64,000 nucleotides of DNA from positions 7,342-71,341 of the forward strand of contig CAWFCL010000010.1 in NCBI GenBank assembly GCA_963814365.1, given 5' to 3'. The position numbers and the translations under genes are program-made. How positions within the stretch are numbered: the stretch's first letter is position 1; every line of letters begins with the position of its first letter. Under the pieces are notes generated by a model, which saw nothing but the letters and a program-made list of their open reading frames with translations, did not search any database and was not told the origin of the DNA. This stretch comes from an uncultured Actinomycetes bacterium (GTDB taxonomy: Bacteria; Actinomycetota; Thermoleophilia; RBG-16-64-13). Positions 38,729-49,261 of this stretch are shown here, in pieces.

Positions 38729-39685
38729 CTAGTCCTCCACGCAGATCTGCCGTCGCTTCACGCTTCTGACCGTGAAGAACGCCAGCGTCAGTATGACGGC
38801 GACCAGGGCGGCGAAGACCACAAAGGCTAGGTAATAGAAGAACCGCGTGTCGGTCTGATGGTACATGAGGATGCTCGCGATGGTGAGTGCCGCCAGCGGG
38901 AAAGAATACGCCCACCAAGATAGGAAGAAGCGCGCTCTGCGTAGCATGCGCAGTTGCACCAGCAAGAACACGAAGGTGAAGAGAGCGAAGTAGTAGAGCA
39001 CGTTGGCGAAGGCGTCCACCGAGCCGGTCAGCTTCACGTATGCGATGAAGCCCACCGCCGGCGGAGCCAGCAAGATGAAGAAGGTCGGCAGCAATCTCTC
39101 AGGCAACGGCCGGTGGAAGAAAACTCGGTAGAAGAAGAGCGTCTGCAGAACCACCCAGAAGACCAGCCCTACGCTAAAGAAGAACCAGGAGATCTCTTGA
39201 GGGGCGTGCTCTACCCCAGCGAGAGGCACCAAGATGTTGCCCACCACCGGGATAAACCAGGCCGGGTTCATGTGTGTGATCTCGAACTTCTCCTGTTGCA
39301 CCCAGATCGAAAGGACGGCCAGTGTCAACGCAAGGTGAAGGACGGTGCCAATGACCCAGAACACGAAGGATGTGGTCTCGCTGATGGACAAGAACGCGAT
39401 ACTAACCAACAGCAGACCGATGGAGAACGTGGGAAAGAAGCTGAGCCGCACCGGGTCGTTGAATTCGGCCACGACGAGATCCCTGTGGCGCATCAGCTTG
39501 TAGGCGTATGCCAAAGCAAGAATGAGAAAGACGAAGAGCGCCACACCGAGCAGCACCGTACTCGCGATGTCGCCAGCGCCCACCATGGTTTCGAGCTTCT
39601 GAGTAGCAATGGCTAGGCCGCAAAGGCCCATCACCACCGCGAAGAATGAAACGGGGAAGTTGGTGATCCTCTTCGATTCGCTCAT
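38729..39685 (-). CDS. TehA/SLAC1 (TDT) family anion channel/transporter
   Basis: 318 aa with 10 TM. The N-terminus ITNFPVSFFAVVMGLCGLAIA is typical of the tellurite-resistance/dicarboxylate transporter family. Confidence 0.85.
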   Translation of the reverse strand: MSESKRITNFPVSFFAVVMGLCGLAIATQKLETMVGAGDIASTVLLGVALFVFLILALAYAYKLMRHRDLVVAEFNDPVRLSFFPTFSIGLLLVSIAFLSISETTSFVFWVIGTVLHLALTLAVLSIWVQQEKFEITHMNPAWFIPVVGNILVPLAGVEHAPQEISWFFFSVGLVFWVVLQTLFFYRVFFHRPLPERLLPTFFILLAPPAVGFIAYVKLTGSVDAFANVLYYFALFTFVFLLVQLRMLRRARFFLSWWAYSFPLAALTIASILMYHQTDTRFFYYLAFVVFAALVAVILTLAFFTVRSVKRRQICVED

Positions 39686-39694
39686 CTTGACCCC

Positions 39695-39946
39695 CTACTC
39701 GCAACTCCGCCGATTCTCATCCAGCTCCGCGTAGGCGCTGCAGCAACAGCAGCTGCCCTTGTAGCGTGCGTTTCGTAGAGACTCCTCGGTGAACAACGGG
39801 CCGTTGCGCAGGTAGCTCTTAAAAGTCTGGTGTACGGCGTCGGTGCCGCACTCCGGACAATGCTTGTCGTCCTCGACCCAAGCTGAGTCCGACTCTACGT
39901 GATAGCGATGCCTGCAATCGTTACATATCAGGTCGAACGACCTCAT
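39695..39946 (-). CDS. FmdB-like zinc-ribbon protein with C-terminal CCCC motif
   Basis: CNDC...CPECG zinc ribbon, then KGSCCCCSAY. The ATG overlaps the ferredoxin stop (TGATG). Confidence 0.6.
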   Translation of the reverse strand: MRSFDLICNDCRHRYHVESDSAWVEDDKHCPECGTDAVHQTFKSYLRNGPLFTEESLRNARYKGSCCCCSAYAELDENRRSCE

Positions 39947-40140
39947 CAGCACACCCCCACTTCATCGGGCACCATGGCGAACACGCGGCAGATGCGAGTG
40001 CACGCTCCGCAACCGGTGCAAAGCTCCTGGTCTACGCGCGGAGCCGAGAAGATGTCGTCTTGCAAGATCGCCCCCTCGGGGCACCGGCTGCTGGCAGGGC
40101 AGGCATGGTTCTTTGGACAGTAGTCGGGATTGGCAACCAT
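39946..40140 (-). CDS. small 4Fe-4S ferredoxin-type protein
   Basis: 64 aa from ATG 40140 (overlaps the ArsR-family stop, ATGA). Motifs CPKNHACPASSRCPEGA and CTGCGACTRIC. Confidence 0.7.
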   Translation of the reverse strand: MVANPDYCPKNHACPASSRCPEGAILQDDIFSAPRVDQELCTGCGACTRICRVFAMVPDEVGVC

Positions 40141-40460
40141 CACTTCGCTAGGACCTCCATCTTCTGGGCCAACTGTTGAGATAGCACCTCGTCGATCAAC
40201 TCGCACGCTTGCGAAAGCCGCGGGTCGATGACCTCCCAAGTCACCCGCCGACCCTGTCGAGAACGAGTCACCAGACCCTCTCGCTGAAGCAGGGCCAGGT
40301 GCTGAGAGACGTTCGGCCGACTGAGCTCCAACTCTTCGGCCAGTTCGCTGGGCGTCCGACCACCCTTGCACAACATGTGCATGAGTTCGTGGCGTTTAGG
40401 ATGAGCCAAAGCACCAAACACGGCCGCATGCAGCACGCAACGCTGTCGATCTAAGTTCAT
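40140..40460 (-). CDS. ArsR/SmtB family transcriptional regulator
   Basis: ALAHPKRHELMHMLCKGGRTPSELAEELELSRPNVSQHLALLQREGLV. Confidence 0.9.
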   Translation of the reverse strand: MNLDRQRCVLHAAVFGALAHPKRHELMHMLCKGGRTPSELAEELELSRPNVSQHLALLQREGLVTRSRQGRRVTWEVIDPRLSQACELIDEVLSQQLAQKMEVLAK

Positions 40461-40572
40461 GCTCGTATTATTGCACGATTTCTAAATCTTGAAACTATTG
40501 TTTGCCTGTTTCTCGTCCGATATCTGATCGAGAGCTATTGATTCATCGTCTCGGTCGCGCGTTAATGGTCCG

Positions 40573-41487
40573 GTGACACTCTGCGGCGGTATAGAGACAG
40601 GCGGCACCACAGTCGGCTGCATCATCGGCAGTGGACCAGACAACGTGGTCGCCGAGAAGCGCTTCGCCACCACCACCCCCGACGAGACGCTCGCCTGCAT
40701 CGTCGGTTTCTTTAGGGAGCACGGCGCCACTCATCCCGTCTCGACTATCGGCATCGGGGCCTTCGGACCTCTGGACCTCGATCCCATATCCGACACCTTC
40801 GGTTTCGTCACCACCACTCCCAAGCCCGGCTGGCAGCAAGTGGATCTGTGCGGCCCTCTCGAGGACGCACTGGAGGTAGCGGTGGTTATCGACACTGACG
40901 TCAACGCAGCCGCTCTGGGCGAGTACTTGTGGGGAGGGCACGGCCAGTCCGAGCGGCCAGACCCACTGCTGTATCTCACAGTGGGCACGGGCATAGGTCT
41001 TGGCGTCGTCGTCGGGGGCAAGCCGCTGCATGGTCTCGTGCATCCGGAAGCCGGGCACATGCTCATTCCCCACGACCGCGAGCGCGACCCTTTTGCCGGC
41101 AGCTGTCCCTATCACTATGACTGCTGGGAGGGTTTGGCCTCTGGAGCAGCCCTGGCCCAACGCTGGGGAAGACCCGCGGAAGAACTGTCTGCGGACCACC
41201 CCGCCTGGGAGCTGGAGGCCCACTACTTGGGACTTGGGATAGCCAACTTGATCTACTGCTTCTCGCCGAAGAAAGTGGTGGTGGGTGGCGGGGTGGCCAC
41301 CCGACCGGGGCTGCTCGATAGAATGCGCCGCGAGACCCAGAGCGCAATACGCGGCTACCTGCAGTCGGCGACACTACAAGGGGAAGTCGACCGGCTTCTG
41401 GTGTCACCCACTCTGGGCGCGCGTGCGGGAGTCTTAGGTGCGTTGGCGCTGGCTCTGTGCCCCCAACATCTGGATACCGCGATATAG
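40573..41487 (+). CDS. ROK family sugar kinase (fructokinase/glucokinase-like)
   Basis: GIETGGTTVGC, DTDVNAAALGE, GTGIGLGVVVGGK, and the Zn motif HPEAGH...CPYHYDCWE. Confidence 0.85.
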   Translation: MTLCGGIETGGTTVGCIIGSGPDNVVAEKRFATTTPDETLACIVGFFREHGATHPVSTIGIGAFGPLDLDPISDTFGFVTTTPKPGWQQVDLCGPLEDALEVAVVIDTDVNAAALGEYLWGGHGQSERPDPLLYLTVGTGIGLGVVVGGKPLHGLVHPEAGHMLIPHDRERDPFAGSCPYHYDCWEGLASGAALAQRWGRPAEELSADHPAWELEAHYLGLGIANLIYCFSPKKVVVGGGVATRPGLLDRMRRETQSAIRGYLQSATLQGEVDRLLVSPTLGARAGVLGALALALCPQHLDTAI

Positions 41488-41531
41488 TATTCACCGTTCG
41501 TTTCAGCCACGATGCCCGAAGGGGATTGTTC

Positions 41532-42266
41532 TTGAACAGGTTCGCAAGCAAGAGCGGGTCTCTTCCCGCCAACCACCTACCTCGGCTCGCGGCGTTGCTG
41601 CTTTCGGTCATCATTCTGTCGCTGGCGACGTTGGGCTGCGGCGTCGGCTCCAGCGGAACGCCCGACTTGACCGGGATCTCCCTGGACGAGGCACAGAAGG
41701 CCGCCGCCGATGCCGGTCTGGACTTGGTGCAGGATGAGGAGGTGCCCAGCTTCTTGCCGGCGGGCACGGTGCTGGCGCAGGACCCACTGCCTGGAACAGC
41801 ATCCGGCGACGGCACCATGCGGGTCACAATCAGCCGCGATCCGATACCCGTAGCGGTCGACCGCTTGGCAGCCTACGATCCTGACGGTGCCCCTACCACC
41901 GAAAACGACGAGCTCCTCCCCAGACTGTACGACGGAAACCTCGATACCTATTGGTCGACCGACACCAACTACAGGACTCCTGATTTCGAAGGGCTCGGTA
42001 ACAAGATCGGGGTAGGCTTCTCCTTCTGGCTGGAGGAAGGGGCCACGATGCTCAAGATCAGCTATACCCTCACCGGCTGGGAGGGTGAGGTGCAGAGGAT
42101 CAGCTCCAGCGAACTGGCTATCGCGATTGCACAGCTGACCAACAAGCAGCAGGTCAGTTGGCGCGATCCGGTCACCAGCGGCCGCATCTGGTTCACGCGG
42201 CTCGCGCCGTTGCCCGACAGCAACAGCTACGGCGCTGTGATCAACGAGGTCGAGTTCTACCGGTAG
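41532..42266 (+). CDS. lipoprotein with PASTA-like and discoidin (F5/8 type C)-like domains
   Basis: TTG at 41532, 6 nt after GAAGGGGA. Lipobox LATLGCG. LTGISLDEAQKAAADAGL...VLAQDP is PASTA-like. YDGNLDTYWST...INEVEFYR is discoidin-like. The start is uncertain. Confidence 0.55.
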   Translation: MNRFASKSGSLPANHLPRLAALLLSVIILSLATLGCGVGSSGTPDLTGISLDEAQKAAADAGLDLVQDEEVPSFLPAGTVLAQDPLPGTASGDGTMRVTISRDPIPVAVDRLAAYDPDGAPTTENDELLPRLYDGNLDTYWSTDTNYRTPDFEGLGNKIGVGFSFWLEEGATMLKISYTLTGWEGEVQRISSSELAIAIAQLTNKQQVSWRDPVTSGRIWFTRLAPLPDSNSYGAVINEVEFYR

Positions 42267-42298
42267 TCCACAACCCGAACCCAGCCGAGTCCGCACCT

Positions 42299-43499
42299 AT
42301 GGACAGACTCAGGTACCACGACATCCTTTACGACGACACCCAGCTGGGTCCGTATCCGGACCACCTTCTCAAGCGTGTGGCCGAGCCCACCAACCGGATA
42401 CCCGGGCCGATAGAGCGCCGCTCCGAAAGAGAGAACGTCTTCAACAAATCGCTGATGGGTGACTTCGGTGACGAGACCCAGCGCGAGTTCAAGCGACTCT
42501 CAGAACGCTACCCCATCGTCGCTGCGATCCACGATCTGCAGACGCACATCGCCGCCTAGGGCAAGAACCGCACCCCGGTCGCCGCAAAGAAGGCGCCCAT
42601 CCCCGAAAACCCTCGAGTGATGAGCCGCCACCTCAAGGCTCTCGGCTATTACCTAGGCGCGGACCAAGTGCGTATCGGGCCTCTGCCGCCGTCGGCCGTC
42701 TACACCGAAAACGTGATGGGCAAGCCCATCGACGCTCCCTACAAGTACGCCATCGTGTTCGCCTGTCGCAAGAACCCCCAGGCCATGACCGCCTCCAACG
42801 GCTGGGACAACATCGTCAGCCCTCTCAGCCACCAGGTCTATCAGAAACTGGCAGTCATCACCGAGGTCGCCACCGGCTACTTCGTCGGCTGGGTATCGAT
42901 GCGGTGCCCTCGTATTTCCGCGGCTACGTGACTCTGATGCCGGAGATAGTGCTGCGGGCCGGTATGGGCGAAGTCTCGCGCATGGGCATCGTCCTCAACC
43001 CGTTCTTCGGTTGCCACTGCAAGTACGCGGCAGTGCTGACCGACCTCGAGCTCGAGCCGGACGGCTGCGTCGACTTCGGTCTGCAGCAGTACTGCGACGA
43101 CTGCACCATCTGCTCCGAGCAGTGCCCGTCACGGGCCATCCCTCGCGGGAAACAGACCCTGCACAACGGTTACTACACCTGGAAGCTGAACGCACGCGCC
43201 TGCTCCGACTTCGGCATCCTGAACAAGGAAGGCACCGTCTGCGGTCGCTGCACCAAGGTGTGCCCTGGAACCGCCCCGACATGGGTCCCCGCGATTTCGC
43301 CGAATGGGACGGAAGCTTGGAGTGGCTGCACAAGACCGTGAACGAACAACGTGAGCGCAATATCGCGAACGATTTCGTCGACCCACGCGAGTACACTCAT
43401 AAGTGGTGGTTCCGCCTAGAGGACCGTGACGGTGAGGTCATACGACCCTCAGACAAGAACTCGCAGAGAATCTGCCGGGAATACCCGATACAGGAGTGA
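42299..43499 (+). pseudogene. reductive-dehalogenase-like (RdhA/QueG superfamily) Fe-S protein without Tat signal; in-frame TAG plus two frameshifts
   Basis: MDRLRYHD... then TAG at 42557-42559 in frame. It continues RVMSRHLKALGYYLGADQVRIGPLP...YKYAIVFA. After a shift at ~42900 it reads ...GMGEVSRMGIVLNPFFGCHCKYAAVLTDLELEPD..FCDDCTICSEQCPSRAI...CGRCTKVCP, and after a shift at ~43270 it reads WNRPD.... Confidence 0.55.
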
Positions 43500-43503
43500 T
43501 GTC

Positions 43504-43874
43504 ATGGACGCATTCGCACCTCTGACCACTACTACCGACATGTCGCCGGGAAGCATGAAGCTGGTCTCTCTAGGTGGACAAGACTACCTGGTGGCCCGAG
43601 TCGCAGACGAGTACTTCGTCACCGACAGTAGGTGCCCCCACCTGGGCGGGCATCTCGACAAGGGCACGCTTCAGGGTGCAGTGATCACCTGCCCGCGCCA
43701 CGGCTCACAGTTCGACCTGCGGGACGGACGCGTCGGCGGTGGACTGACTGGCAGGGAGCCACACTCAAGGTCGCCACGACGATCAAACATCCGCGTGGGC
43801 TGAAGACCTACGCCGTGAGGGTCGACGGCGACACCTTGCTGGTGGGACCCGAGGTGGCTGCCCCGGCCGACTGA
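43504..43874 (+). pseudogene. Rieske [2Fe-2S] ferredoxin-like protein, one frameshift as assembled
   Basis: CPHLGG...CPRHGSQFDLRDGRV|(~43735)|RWTDWQGATLKV...LKTYAVRVDGDTLLVG. Confidence 0.7.
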
Positions 43875-43928
43875 CCAGCCAGGAGGGGGCGCCGGGCAAA
43901 GTCAGCGCCGCGTGAGCCGCAACGCCTG

Positions 43929-44127
43929 CTACTTGTCCTCGAGCATCTGCTCCACCTCCGACATGCGGCCTTCGGCCAGCTCTTCAGAGATGTAGACCTT
44001 CCCGCACTTGGGGCAGGCGGGGACCTCGTGAGCGACGGTGTGCCCCATGTACTCGAACACCACCTTCTCTAGCTGCCAACTCCCGGTCGCACTTCATGCA
44101 CCTCAGCACCGGCTCTTCCGCGCTCAC
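43929..44127 (-). pseudogene. small zinc-ribbon protein (YgiT/MqsA-type finger-like), one frameshift; not in ORF track
   Basis: Own translation from GTG 44127 (overlaps the corrected stop of the upstream oxidoreductase, GTGA): SAEEPVLRCMKCDREL|(~44070)|EKVVFEYMGHTVAHEVPACPKCGKVYISEELAEGRMSEVEQMLEDK*. Confidence 0.5.
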
Positions 44128-46409
44128 TTGGAATCCCCCCCTTGTTCGAAGCGCATGCGGTGGTAGTACGCCCGGACGACCTCATATGTCGCCGGGTCCC
44201 GCCTGCCTGTAGCGGACCCAGTAGGTGACCACCTGCTTGATCATGCTGCAAACATAGGTGTCGTCAGCTGCGTCATAGAACTTGTCCCCAGACTCCTCCG
44301 CCAGCCAGATGGCCTCCCTGAGGTCGGCGGCGGATATGAGCTGGCCGTCCAATCTCCTGCTGCAGCTCGTCGCCTATGACCAGGGTCAAGCGCATCCCAG
44401 GGGTGAGACTCCGGCTGGAAGTCCAGGTCTTGCATCTGCTTCATCAGCTCCCTCTTCACCCTCAGGCTGTTGTCACGCTTCTGCTGCAGGCTCGGCACTC
44501 GCGCGCCTGGGTCCAGTCCAAAGACCACATCCAGCACATGGGCGCACGGCTTGCCCCGGGAGACGAACACCTCTTTACAGTTGGCACAATATACGATGTA
44601 CGGGCTGTCGCCGGCCTCCGCTCTATGCCGGGTGATCTCGTCATACAGGCCAGGGTTTGCCACCCGGATGTGGCCGCCGTGCCCACAGCAACGATTGTGC
44701 TCTTTGAGCTCCTCCAGCTCCACCCCTGCCTTGCCGGCCAACTCCCTTACCCCGGACTCCATCCCCGTATCACCTCTAGCCGCGCAGGGATCGAACACCG
44801 CCGCCTTGGCGTAGGGCGCCCCGGGCGCGGAAGCCGCCGGGGACGCTGAAGGCGCAACGCTATCTGCCTGAGCAAGCAGCTCATAGAGCGAGACCCCGGG
44901 AACCTCCGGCAAGAACGAGCGGAAGAGACTCACACAGGTGGCGCAGGCGAACACCAGCGTGGGCTTGCCGAGGTCGTCCCAGGTCCTCTTGGTCGCCTCC
45001 AGGTTGGCCTGCAGACGGACGTCGTCACCCGCCCAGTAGGCCGGGGCTCCGCAACACCCCAGCATCACACCCGCCTCGTGGGTCTCTCGCAAGAAGTCGT
45101 ATGCCCGCAGCACGTGCTCGGGGTTCGACGCGCCCAGTTGGCAACCGGGATAGAAGGCGTATTCGCACGTCTGCTTCCCCTCCGGCGCGGAGGCGAACGC
45201 ACCCTCGGCGGTAGCGAAGTCCATCTCGCGCAGCCAGAAGTCGTGCAGCGCAGCCGGATGCACACCGGCGCTCATCCGAGCGGACCGGGAGAACTGCAGC
45301 AGCGCTCCCATATCCACGTCCACCGGGCAAACGGATTTGCAGTAGCCGCAGATGTTGCAGGAGTAGGTCTCCCTGGTGAGGGAACGGCTTGATAGTGGGG
45401 GGCTCGCGCCCATGTCCGTGAACACCTCGTCCGCGATCTTGTGTGGGTCCTTACGGAAGGCCTTGAGCATCTCGCAGGCCTCTATACACGTTTCGCAGTC
45501 GCACAGCATGCACCGAGAAGCTTCGCGTTTCGCCTCCTCTTCCGTGTAGCCGTCAGGACCGGAGGGCTGCACCAGAGGCGCAGAAGCCACCCCGCGATGC
45601 TCCAAGAAACGACCACAGCCTTCCTGGTCTTCGCGCTCGTGCACCCGCGCAGGCTTGCCCGTCTGCAAGAAGGCCTCGATCACCCGAGAGGCGCCGGCCC
45701 CCTGGGCGATGCCCTCCATCAGCCCGGCTCCGCACATCGCACCTCCCGCGAACACTTTGGGCACCGCGGTGGTGAACAGATCGCCGTCCCATCCGGAACA
45801 TAGGCCAAAGGAGTCGCCCGCCGAGCCCGCGGCCACATAGACCGCGTCAAAGTCGGCGACTTCGGCGAGATCCCGGACTTCGGCGCCGTAGCGGAAGTCC
45901 ACCTGCACGGCCGAGAACTGCAGGGCGATGTCCGCGTCGAACTCGGCGAAGCGAGGGTGCGAGCGCAGGGCCCCGCCCCACCCCTCCTGTCTGTCAAACA
46001 CAGTGACCTGGTACCGCTTCTGGGCCAGATGCAGAGCGCAGGAGAGCCCCGCCGGTCCCGCTCCGATCACGGCGACACGCTGGCTCTTGGGGGGTATCAC
46101 ATACGACTGCGGCTTCCGTTCACGCACGTGTCGCAGACAGGCGGCCTCCAAGTCGCGCAGTGCCAAAGGTTCATCGCCGAGTACCACTCGCTGGCAGCAC
46201 TCCCTGCATGGCTGCTCGCAAAGCGCGCTGACGATAGCCGGGAACACGGTGGCATCGCGCAACACCTTGTAAGCGGCGCCCCACCTACCCTTGGCCGTCT
46301 TGTCCAGAAGAGACCGGATGTCCATGCGAAAGGGGCACGCATACGAGCAGGAGGCAGGCTCCCCTCGAAAGCAGGCCGCGGTGTACGCCGTGGCGTCCTC
46401 TGGTCTCAC
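44124..46409 (-). pseudogene. FAD/NAD(P)-dependent oxidoreductase (GltD-like) fused to Fe-S and CCG (HdrD-like) domains; three frame changes in the last ~100 codons
   Basis: VAVIGAGPAGLSCA dinucleotide fold; CMLCDCETCIEAC and CNICGYCKSVCP clusters; CCG motifs GCCGAP and NRCCGHGG. The corrected tail is ...ESHPWDAL/TLVIGDELQQEIGR/QLISAADLREAIWLAEESGDKFYDAADDTYVCSMIKQVVTYWVRYRQAGPGD/EVVRAYYHRMRFEQGGDSK*. Confidence 0.8.
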
Positions 46410-46431
46410 TGGTGCACGACCCGACCAGCCC

Positions 46432-49259
46432 TTATAGCGGGTTGGCTTTGATCATCTCCAGCTCTTCCTCGAAGTCGGTGCCCAGATAGTACTTGGGCGG
46501 AGTCAGGTCCTCGCCGCGCTGCTTGGCTTCCCACCCAGCCTTCACCTTCTCGGGCGTGGCCGGTAGGGCAGTAGATCCGCACTCCGCAAGCATTGTTGAT
46601 GGCGTTGATCACAGCCATATGGTTTGAGCTCTGGAACACCTCCGAGCACCCGCACGAACCATGCGGCCCCGCCGGACGGGGAGTCTCAAGGAACACGACG
46701 TTGATGTCGTCCGGGATCACGTCCACCGTCGGGATGCCGCAGCCGATCATGTTGCCGTGCTTGTCCTGGGCGTCGTAGTCCTCACTCAGCGCGAAGCCGA
46801 TGGAGTGGGAGAGTCCACCGTAGCCCTGCCCCTCCACAGAGAGCATGTTGCCTACGACCCCCACATCTCCCACCCAGGTGAACCTGAGCACCTGCGTCTT
46901 GCCGGTCTGCACGTCCACCTCCACCAGAGCGACGTTGACCCCGTACATGTAGGTGGGGTTCTTCTCCCCGTGGCCGGTGTTGGGGTCCAGCCCCGGAGGC
47001 AGGCCAATGTTGAATTGGTCGTAGTGACCCAAATACTTGGTGGGGATGCCCTCCGCCACCATCTCTTCGTAGGTGCGGTACGTGCCGTCCTCTTTGCGCA
47101 TGGCCTCCATCAACTTGTTGGCGCCGTCGATGGTGGCGTTGCCGGCCATGTAGTGGGAGCGGCTGGCCGCGGCCAGGTTGGTGTCGGGGCAGGTCTTGCT
47201 GTCGTTCATCACCAGCCGTACTTGTTCGGGCTTGATGCCTAGCGGAGCGAGCGCCTTGACGGTGTGAGTGAGCGTCCCGATGTCGCCGCCTTGGCCCATG
47301 TCCTCCCACGTGTTGAAGTGGGTGATGGTGCCGTCGGGGTTCAACTCCAGTGCTATCTCGGCCGAGTCGAACATGCCTATGGTGATGATGAACCCGCCCA
47401 GGCCTAGGCCTACTCCCACATGCCGACCCTCAGCCTTGGCCGCTTCGGCCTCAGCCTTGTACTTGTCGTAGATGGGCTTGGCCATCTCCAGCAGTTTGGG
47501 ATACACGTAGTCGTGATAAGGGGCGCTGTTGATGGTGAGATCGCCTGGCCGCGCGGCGTTCTTGTACCGGAACTCCCAAGGGTCGATACCGGCCTTCTCC
47601 GCGGCCATGTCGATGAGGGCCTCTGTGGTCGTGTACACCTGAGGAGAGCCGAACCCGCGATATGCAGTGTTGAAGTTGTGGTTGGTGGTGCCTCCGCGGG
47701 CGAGCGCCTTGAAGTTCGGGATGTTGTAGCCGTGAAAGCCCACCGAGACCAGGTTCATGAAGATGGGCACGGTACCGTAGGCGCCTTGGTCCAAAGCTAT
47801 GTCGTACTCGGCGGCGATGATCTTGCCGTCCGAATCGCAGGCCAGCCGGCCGTTGGAGTAAGTGGCCGATCTCTTGCCGGTGGCATGATTGAACTCGTCG
47901 TAGCTGAGGCTCAAGGTGCAGGGCATATCCAGGTTCTGAGCAGCTGTGGCCACAAGAGCGTGGATATTCGGGGCTATGGTGTATCCGAAAGAGCCGCCGA
48001 CGGTGTTCAGGATCATGCGGATGTTCTCTGTGGGGATGCCACATGCCTGAGCCACAAGCCCGGAGTTCTCGGAGAGGTTCTGGCACTTGCACTGTATGGT
48101 CATCATGCCATCGACGCCCCAATAAGCCTGGACGACATCAGGCTCGATGGGCAGGTGGGGCTCGTGCTGAGAATGGAAGCTGCCCTCCACCACCACCGGC
48201 GCCGTCTCGAACAGCTCGACGGTGTCCTCACCTTTGAACACCGGCTGCTCCAAGTACCAATTGGGCAAGGTCTCGTGCAGCTGAATGGCGTTGGGCATGA
48301 CCGCCTCGGGGAAGGTCATGTAAGAGGGCAGCACCTCCAGGTCCTGCTTCACCTTCTTGGCGGCCTCGCGAGCGTGCTCCTCGGTATCTGCCGCGACCAG
48401 CGCGACCACATCGCCCCGCCGGTTGATCTTCTTGCCGGCGATCACCGGGAACTCCGTGACTCCTCTGCCCTTCTGCCGAGGCACGTGCGCAGGCCCGGCC
48501 ACGTTGTTGGTGCCCTTCACGTCTGCGGCGGTCAGGACCCTGATGACACCGGGCATCTTCTCCGCTTCTGAGGTGTCGATGCCGTTGATCTTCGCGTGGT
48601 GGGCCTCGGCGAGCACGACGGCCAGATGGGCGACCCCTTCGGGCATCTGCAGAGCCACGTCCCTACCGTAGTCGGCCAGACCTGTCACCTTGGCCAGAGC
48701 AGTGGGTCGCGGATGGTTCGATCCGTAGATCTCCTCTTCGCTCTCGAAGTCGTAAGTGATGTCCTGCATGGTGGCCTCGCCCCGCATCACCTTGGCCGCC
48801 TCCATCACGGCATCCACCAGCGGCTTGTAGCCGGTACAGCGACAGACGTTGTGATGAGCCTTGAACCAGTCGCGGACTTCCTCGCGAGTCGGTGAGAGGT
48901 TCTCCGCCAGCAGTCCGTACGAGGAGACGATGAAACCCGGGGAGCAGAAGCCACATTGCGCCCCACCGTAGGTGATCCAAGCCTGCTGTAGAGGATGCAG
49001 ATGTTGCGGAGTGCCTATGCCCTCGATCGTGGTGATCTCGCTGTGTTCGGGCACCCGCTTCATCTTCTTGGTGCACGAACGAACCACCTCGCCGTTCAGG
49101 ATGCACCGAGCAGGCTCCGCACACCCCCGTGCCGCACCCGACCTTGACTCCAGTCAGACCCATGCGACGGAGGACTTCCGCCAGCGAGTCTTTCTCGGGA
49201 TCACACAGAACGAATCTCTCGACGCCGTTGATCTTGTAGCCCAGTCTCGCGAGTCTCAT
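46432..49259 (-). pseudogene. mop: Mop-type aldehyde oxidoreductase (2x[2Fe-2S] + molybdopterin, no FAD domain); one frameshift near each end as assembled
   Basis: N-terminus MRLARLGYKINGVERF...GLTGVKVGCGTGVCGACSV|(~49103)|ILNGEVVRSCTKKMKRV...GGAQCGFCSPGFIV...CRCTGYKPLVDAV closely parallels Desulfovibrio gigas MOP as I recall it. The central 893-aa ORF is intact. The C-terminus GVRIYC|(GGG run 46566-46568)|LPATPEKVKAGWEAKQRGEDLTPPKYYLGTDFEEELEMIKANPL* has its stop at 46432-46434. Confidence 0.9.
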
Positions 49260-49261
49260 GC

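Noticed and set aside
42557-42559. In-frame TAG in the RdhA-like gene as a pyrrolysine or programmed read-through codon
   Set aside because: Pyrrolysine is known essentially in methylamine methyltransferases of organisms carrying pyl genes. Nothing in the window supports recoding, and the same gene also has two frameshifts. A nonsense mutation or base error is simpler.
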